A stretch of DNA of 64,000 nucleotides from a virus. This document shows, piece by piece, positions 62,142-64,000 of the stretch (the first letter of the stretch is position 1; each line of letters opens with the position of its first letter). Location: positions 1 through 64,000 of the IMG/VR virus record IMGVR_UViG_3300032287_001974. One strand, written 5' to 3'. The position numbers and the translations under genes are program-made. The notes under the pieces were generated by a model. It did no database searches, was not told the origin of the DNA, and saw only the letters and a list, made by a program, of their open reading frames with translations.

Positions 62142-63160
62142 TGTCTAAAGCAGTAGAAGCCCTAGCGGCAAAGTTAAATAAAAAACTGGGCGACAACACT
62201 ATTGTCAGAGCTTCTGAGATTGTACCTATGACTCGGTTTACATCCGGCTCACTATCACTCGATATGATTTTGGGCGGAGGCTGGCCAACGAACCAGTGGC
62301 ATGAAATTATTGGCGAGGCAAGCAACGGTAAGACTGCGCTAGCCCTAAAGACTATTGCAGCCAATCAAAAACTTAACCCTGACTTTACTACTATTTGGGT
62401 CGCCGCAGAAGAATGGGTGCCCGAGTACGCAGAGATGTGTGGCGTAGACGCCAGTCGTGTCCACGTGTTTACTAGCAATGTCATGGAGATTGCCTTGAGT
62501 GCGGTCCTAGAGTTTGTAGAAACCAAAGAGGTAGACTGCGTAGTTATTGACTCCCTACCCGCTCTAGTACCTGCTGCGGAAGACGAGAAAGAAATGGACG
62601 AGTTCACTGTCGGTCGTGGCGCTATGCTCATGGGCAAGTTCTTCCGTAAGATGGAGAAGGCTGGTAAGCGTAGCATGCTAGGCGAAGACCGACCATTTAT
62701 CGGTCTAATCATCAATCAGTTCCGTATGAAGATCGGCGTAATGTACGGCGACCCACGCACCACCCCTGGCGGAGAAGCTAAGAACTACTTTTTCTTCACA
62801 CGCATTGACGTAAAGCGCGATGAGTGGATTGAGGTCGGTACTGGCCAGGACAAGAAAAAAGTCGGCCAAACTATTAAGTTCCAAACCCGTAAGAACAAGT
62901 CATCCCCTCCGGGGCAGTCAGCGTTCGTAGACTTCTACTTTGACGACGGTTCGGGCATTGACAAAGGCGAGTACGACTTTGCTAAAGAGATTGTATCCCT
63001 AGCCATCATTAACAAGCTAGTTACTCGTGCAGGTGCTTACTATCGGTACGCTGATCGACAGTGGCAGGGCGCAGACGCGCTGCTTAATTCCATTCGCGAA
63101 GAGGTAGATTTGCAGGAGCAGTTAACTACCGACGTTATGGGTACACTTAAGCTGGCATAA
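62141..63160 (+). CDS. recA: RecA-like recombinase
   Basis: SGSLSLD..LGGG.P, GEASNGKT, VVIDS and INQFRMKIGVMYGDPRTTPGG motifs. Confidence 0.97.
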   Translation: MSKAVEALAAKLNKKLGDNTIVRASEIVPMTRFTSGSLSLDMILGGGWPTNQWHEIIGEASNGKTALALKTIAANQKLNPDFTTIWVAAEEWVPEYAEMCGVDASRVHVFTSNVMEIALSAVLEFVETKEVDCVVIDSLPALVPAAEDEKEMDEFTVGRGAMLMGKFFRKMEKAGKRSMLGEDRPFIGLIINQFRMKIGVMYGDPRTTPGGEAKNYFFFTRIDVKRDEWIEVGTGQDKKKVGQTIKFQTRKNKSSPPGQSAFVDFYFDDGSGIDKGEYDFAKEIVSLAIINKLVTRAGAYYRYADRQWQGADALLNSIREEVDLQEQLTTDVMGTLKLA

Positions 63161-63372
63161 TGCAACGGGCAAAGAGGAACGTACAAGCTGTATGCAACAC
63201 TTGCGATAGGCCTTTTTATTCTAAAGGGATGTGTAAAAGATGCTACATGGCATTGTACAGAAGCCAATTAAGCAAACCAAAGCCAGACCGAATCACAAAC
63301 CGCAATTATGTACCAGAAACTGATGCAGAAGACCTCTGGCTATTTGTAAAGAAAGAGTTAAATATTGGCTAA
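63160..63372 (+). CDS. Small zinc-binding protein
   Basis: CNTC...KGMCKRCY. Confidence 0.65.
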   Translation: MQRAKRNVQAVCNTCDRPFYSKGMCKRCYMALYRSQLSKPKPDRITNRNYVPETDAEDLWLFVKKELNIG

Positions 63373-63709
63373 GTCAGAGGGGCAAAAACAATCCCTTAAG
63401 CACGAGAAAAGACTAGCTAAGGCAGTCGGAGGTCAGCGTAATGTTGCCTCCGGCGCGTTTTGGTTTCGCAAAGGCGACGTCCGCTCTCAGGACCTGTTGA
63501 TTGAGCATAAGTGGACGGGTAAGAAGTCGTTTACCCTTAAGTCTGACGTCTTAGAGAAGATCACTACCGAGGCCCTTCTTGACAGCCGTACGCCAGTCCT
63601 GGGGATTAGCCTAAACAACGTAAACTACGTGGTCATGGACGAAAATGACTTCTTGACTATTCGCGAATATTTGATAGACTGTTTAGAGGAGCACACCGGA
63701 GAGAAGTAG
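63365..63709 (+). CDS. Holliday junction resolvase (PD-(D/E)xK, Hjc-like)
   Basis: HEKRLAK...SGA...KGDV...LIEHK. Confidence 0.8.
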   Translation: MAKSEGQKQSLKHEKRLAKAVGGQRNVASGAFWFRKGDVRSQDLLIEHKWTGKKSFTLKSDVLEKITTEALLDSRTPVLGISLNNVNYVVMDENDFLTIREYLIDCLEEHTGEK

Positions 63710-63731
63710 GCCCGACTATTTTTGGAGCCAC

Positions 63732-64000
63732 TTGTCTGACGACGACTTTCAATTCCAGTACTTTCCATGGATGGATGACGCTAAATGCGCCGAGACTGTC
63801 CCAGGTACTAAGCCCCCGGTATCTAAGTACGATCCAGACATCTGGTTTCCCCCTCGCGATAAGAACTTGTACAAACCTATCGCTGATAAAGCTAAGTCCA
63901 TTTGCTTTGGTAAAGACGGCAAGGGCGAATGCCCTGTTCGTATGCAGTGTCTATTGAGCGCAGATGAGCGAGACGAAGTCCACGGCATCTGGGGCGGCAT
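63732..64000 (+). CDS. whiB: WhiB-family transcription factor (truncated by window end; not in track)
   Basis: WMDDAKC...DPDIWFP...AKSIC...ECPVRMQCL...HGIWGG. Confidence 0.9.
   Translation, partial: MSDDDFQFQYFPWMDDAKCAETVPGTKPPVSKYDPDIWFPPRDKNLYKPIADKAKSICFGKDGKGECPVRMQCLLSADERDEVHGIWGG

Noticed and set aside
11317-63160. Inteins or introns in terminase, helicases, PolA or RecA
   Set aside because: The proteins have ordinary lengths with contiguous motifs and no intein splice signatures
1-64000. CRISPR array, integrase, transposase, reverse transcriptase/DGR
   Set aside because: No regularly spaced repeat-spacer array or recognisable motifs for these enzymes were seen in the window
63749-64000. 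Track ORFs 63749..64000 (-) and 63775..63957 (+)
   Set aside because: The real gene is WhiB in another plus-strand frame starting at 63732

Overview
This window is 64 kb of a lytic-looking contractile-tailed phage (myovirus) of Actinobacteria, organised like the Bxz1-type and freshwater actinophages. The host assignment is inferred from a WhiB gene, actinobacterial LexA boxes, a tmRNA with an ...FALAA tag and many leaderless promoters. Bases 1-2.9 kb hold minus-strand small early genes, separated by repeated modules of perfect palindromes, C-loop hairpins and a dedicated promoter motif. From 3.1 to 43 kb is the plus-strand virion region: small putative capsid-internal proteins, terminase, portal, scaffold, N4-gp56-type capsid, fibres, sheath, tube, tape measure with an M23 domain, and baseplate. 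From 43 to 50 kb is replication: an initiator with internal iterons, DnaC-like loader, DnaB, primase and SNF2 helicase. At 50.8-51.6 kb is a tRNA/tmRNA cluster, followed by a minus-strand lysis/membrane cassette, NlpC/P60, NrdH, Hsp20, SSB, PolA, RecA, a resolvase and a truncated WhiB. The best candidate for a new system is a twice-occurring cassette: a Cys-knot-tipped fibre protein, a permuted chaperone and a small Cys/Zn protein. The second copy adds a radical SAM/SPASM enzyme, which shares an N-terminal peptide with the small Cys protein, and a GT60-like O-GlcNAc transferase next to a 20-Thr linker. Together these suggest a RiPP-like post-translational maturation pathway for virion fibres. 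Other notable signals are an initiator-type tRNA body with a non-canonical anticodon loop, an anti-Shine-Dalgarno sRNA candidate, tandem LexA boxes, a late promoter consensus and a +1 frameshift candidate. All product calls come from motif recognition by eye; no database searches were run.
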